Assembly (NCBI GenBank): GCA_964541455.1
Contig: CAZIPS010000001.1
Location: 1,709 to 65,708, forward strand
Direction: 5' to 3'
DNA length: 64,000 nucleotides
From: an uncultured Candidatus Saccharibacteria bacterium
GTDB lineage: Bacteria; Patescibacteriota; Minisyncoccia; Phycocordibacterales; JAKFXT01
Numbering within the stretch: position 1 is the stretch's first letter; each line of letters starts with the position of its first letter. A model generated the notes under the pieces. The model ran no database searches and was not told the DNA's origin. It saw nothing but the letters and a program-made list of their open reading frames with translations. Position numbers and translations under genes: made by a program. Of the stretch, positions 62,051 to 64,000 are shown piece after piece.

Positions 62051-64000
62051 TGTGTATGCTGATCTCACGAGCGTGGCTTCAAACATTTTTTGATACTGAA
62101 ATTCCTAAGGCTACAGATTTGGCTGTGGGGCTTACGAATCATGCTTTTGAAATTGAGGAAGTGAAAGCGGTGGGAGATGACACTATTTTTGATGTAAAAG
62201 TATTACCCAATCGTGCGCATGATTGTCTTTGTCACTATGGTGTAGCTAAAGAGGTTTCTGCTATTTTTAATATTCCCCTAAATCGGAAACCATTTGAGAA
62301 AAAGCTGCAGGTTTTTCCAGAATCAAATGCCTGGACAGTGGAAGTGGCAACTTCCAAAGTAAAACGTTTTCATGGAGCAGTGGTGCGTGGGGTGAAAGTA
62401 AAAGAATCTCCTAAATGGCTCCGCGAGCGGATCGAAGCTATGGGAGGAAAATCAATAAACAATGTGGTGGATATCACTAACTTTGTAATGTTTGACATAG
62501 GGCAACCAATGCATGCCTTTGATGCTAAAAAGCTGAGTGAAAAAGAGGGGGGATATAAGTTTGTTGTACGGGAAAGTATTGATGGTGAGAAAACACAAAC
62601 ATTGGACGGAGCAGAACGAGTGATTCCAAGTGGTGTGCTACTTATCACTGATGGTAATACAGATGGCAAGAATATTTTAGGGATCGGTGGCATTAAAGGA
62701 GGTATGAGTTCAAGTATCACGGAAGATACTACGGACATTATTTTGGAGGCGGCCAACTTTGATGCAGAGACTATTCGTCGCGGCAGTAAGCTGCTTGATA
62801 TTCGCACCGATGCCTCCAAGCGTTTTGAAAATGGCTTAGCTCCTGAACTTCCAAGCTATGCAGTCGCGTATGCTGTAGAGCTCTTGGAAAAAGAAGCCAA
62901 GGGTGAGAACTTTGTGGTTGAAGGCGCGGTTGATTATAAAGATTATGTTGAGTATCAATATAAACTTGGTGTTTCAACTAAAGAAGTAAACACACTTCTC
63001 GGCACAGAACTTAAAGAAGATGAGGTTGGTGTTATTTTGAAACGCCTTGGCTTTTCGCACAAAAAATTAGTGGTTGAAGAAGCACTTCGAAATGCAATTC
63101 CAACAATACTTAATGCTGCATATAAAAGAGATAGTTCTATGCGTGTTGATCCGCCAAGATTTTTCAGTTGCTCGTCCCTCGTGAGCTATCTTTACGTAGA
63201 GGCGGGGGTATATATGCCTAGTTATTCGGTTGATAAATATGTTTTTAGTGAAAAGATTGGCAGGGAGGATCTTACCTATGGAGATTTAATTTTTGCGAAT
63301 ACAGGTGAGGGCAAAATATATTATGAGTCCGTCCAGTTTTTAAAAGGAACAAAAGTTCCAGAGGGTGTTGATCATGTAGGAATGTATGTTGGGGAGGGGA
63401 AGGTGTTGCACGCAACAAAAAGTAAAAATGGAGTGGTGATTGAGGATTTAGTAACAAGTGACCAGTTCAAAAATAGTATTGGTTATGGGCGCGTGGCTGA
63501 TCAAAAGGAAACTCGTTTCCTAGTCACTAGCCCTTTTGAAAGACTTGATGTGCGTATCAAAGAGGATCTTATTGATGAAATCGGTCGTATCTATGGACTT
63601 GAACATATCCCCTCAATTCTTCCAGAGCTACATAGAGAGGTGGAGATAAACAAAGAATTTTATTATGTAAATAAAATTCGCACAGTTCTTACTGATGCAG
63701 GGTTCTCTGAAGTGCACACCTATGCTATGGGAGAAAATGGGAAGGTTGAGCTACAGAATCCTATTGCAGGGGATAAGAACTTTATGCGCGAATCTCTTTT
63801 GCCTGGATTAACTAAGAGTTTCATGTTAAATGCACATAACGTACCCTTACTAGGATTAGAGGCAGTAAAGATTTTTGAAATTGGGAAAGTTTTTAAAGAA
63901 AATGAAGAACATCTCTCTCTTGCTTTTGCTGCGGTAGTTCCTGTAGGTGGAAAGAAAAAAGGGGAGAAGGAAAAACAAATACTTGAGGAAGTCAAGAATG
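62050..64000 (+). CDS. pheT: phenylalanine--tRNA ligase beta subunit (3'-truncated by window edge) carrying an internal NlpC/P60-like domain
   Basis: Not in the ORF track because it has no stop within the window. Manual translation from ATG 62050 (overlapping the pheS TAA) is open to 64000. B1 domain, B3_4 domain (NFVMFDIGQPMHAFD), B5 domain (LGTELKEDEVGVILKRLGF ... TSPFERLDVRIKEDLIDEIGRIYGLEHIP), then B6/7. About 140 aa inserted inside B5 (63121-63510) carry the NlpC/P60 motifs SCSS, GDLIF, HVGMYVGEGKVLHA. Confidence 0.8.
   Translation, partial: MCMLISRAWLQTFFDTEIPKATDLAVGLTNHAFEIEEVKAVGDDTIFDVKVLPNRAHDCLCHYGVAKEVSAIFNIPLNRKPFEKKLQVFPESNAWTVEVATSKVKRFHGAVVRGVKVKESPKWLRERIEAMGGKSINNVVDITNFVMFDIGQPMHAFDAKKLSEKEGGYKFVVRESIDGEKTQTLDGAERVIPSGVLLITDGNTDGKNILGIGGIKGGMSSSITEDTTDIILEAANFDAETIRRGSKLLDIRTDASKRFENGLAPELPSYAVAYAVELLEKEAKGENFVVEGAVDYKDYVEYQYKLGVSTKEVNTLLGTELKEDEVGVILKRLGFSHKKLVVEEALRNAIPTILNAAYKRDSSMRVDPPRFFSCSSLVSYLYVEAGVYMPSYSVDKYVFSEKIGREDLTYGDLIFANTGEGKIYYESVQFLKGTKVPEGVDHVGMYVGEGKVLHATKSKNGVVIEDLVTSDQFKNSIGYGRVADQKETRFLVTSPFERLDVRIKEDLIDEIGRIYGLEHIPSILPELHREVEINKEFYYVNKIRTVLTDAGFSEVHTYAMGENGKVELQNPIAGDKNFMRESLLPGLTKSFMLNAHNVPLLGLEAVKIFEIGKVFKENEEHLSLAFAAVVPVGGKKKGEKEKQILEEVKN

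Noticed and set aside
1-64000. CRISPR arrays / cas genes
   Set aside because: No regularly spaced direct repeats were found. The only tandem repeat (30927-31022) has 2 AT-rich copies without spacers.

Overview
The window is low-GC (roughly 40%) and gene-dense, with an almost entirely plus-strand backbone. The short PheS, split transketolase, RpiB-type non-oxidative pentose-phosphate cluster, reduced Obg and many GT4/GT-C glycosyltransferases fit a Patescibacteria/CPR-like or similar small-genome bacterium. Positions 2-29652 form a large cell-surface glycan locus. It contains an RmlD-like reductase, an FAD oxidoreductase, five GT4 enzymes, a GtrA/GtrB(GT2)/two GT-C-like module, six class-I SAM methyltransferases, two AsnB-type amidotransferases, Gmd, a KpsF-like SIS-CBS isomerase, a Wzx flippase and a Wzy/O-antigen-ligase-TPR protein. 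After murB there is an AT-rich repeat region with a 21-codon poly-Lys/Ala micro-ORF. Next to it sits a sharply GC-rich (~55%) foreign-looking minus-strand gene. Housekeeping genes follow: secA, a DsbA/VKOR disulfide module, two holin-like paralogs, obg, gatB, gap, rpiB, rpe, split tkt, pfkB, fba, rplY, rpmE, prfA, rpsB, tsf and tRNA-Thr. An AT-rich HNH endonuclease sits beside tRNA-Thr. A GH1 + GH-A-like + processive QxxRW GT2 synthase + PEGA-domain protein cluster points to a beta-glycan exopolysaccharide locus. The window ends in pheS-pheT. The most unusual observation is a complete NlpC/P60 (CHAP-like papain-fold cysteine hydrolase) domain inserted in-frame inside the B5 domain of PheT. Other leads are a promoter-plus-terminator small-RNA/leader element upstream of murB and the GC-rich island with a G9 tract in its 5'UTR.
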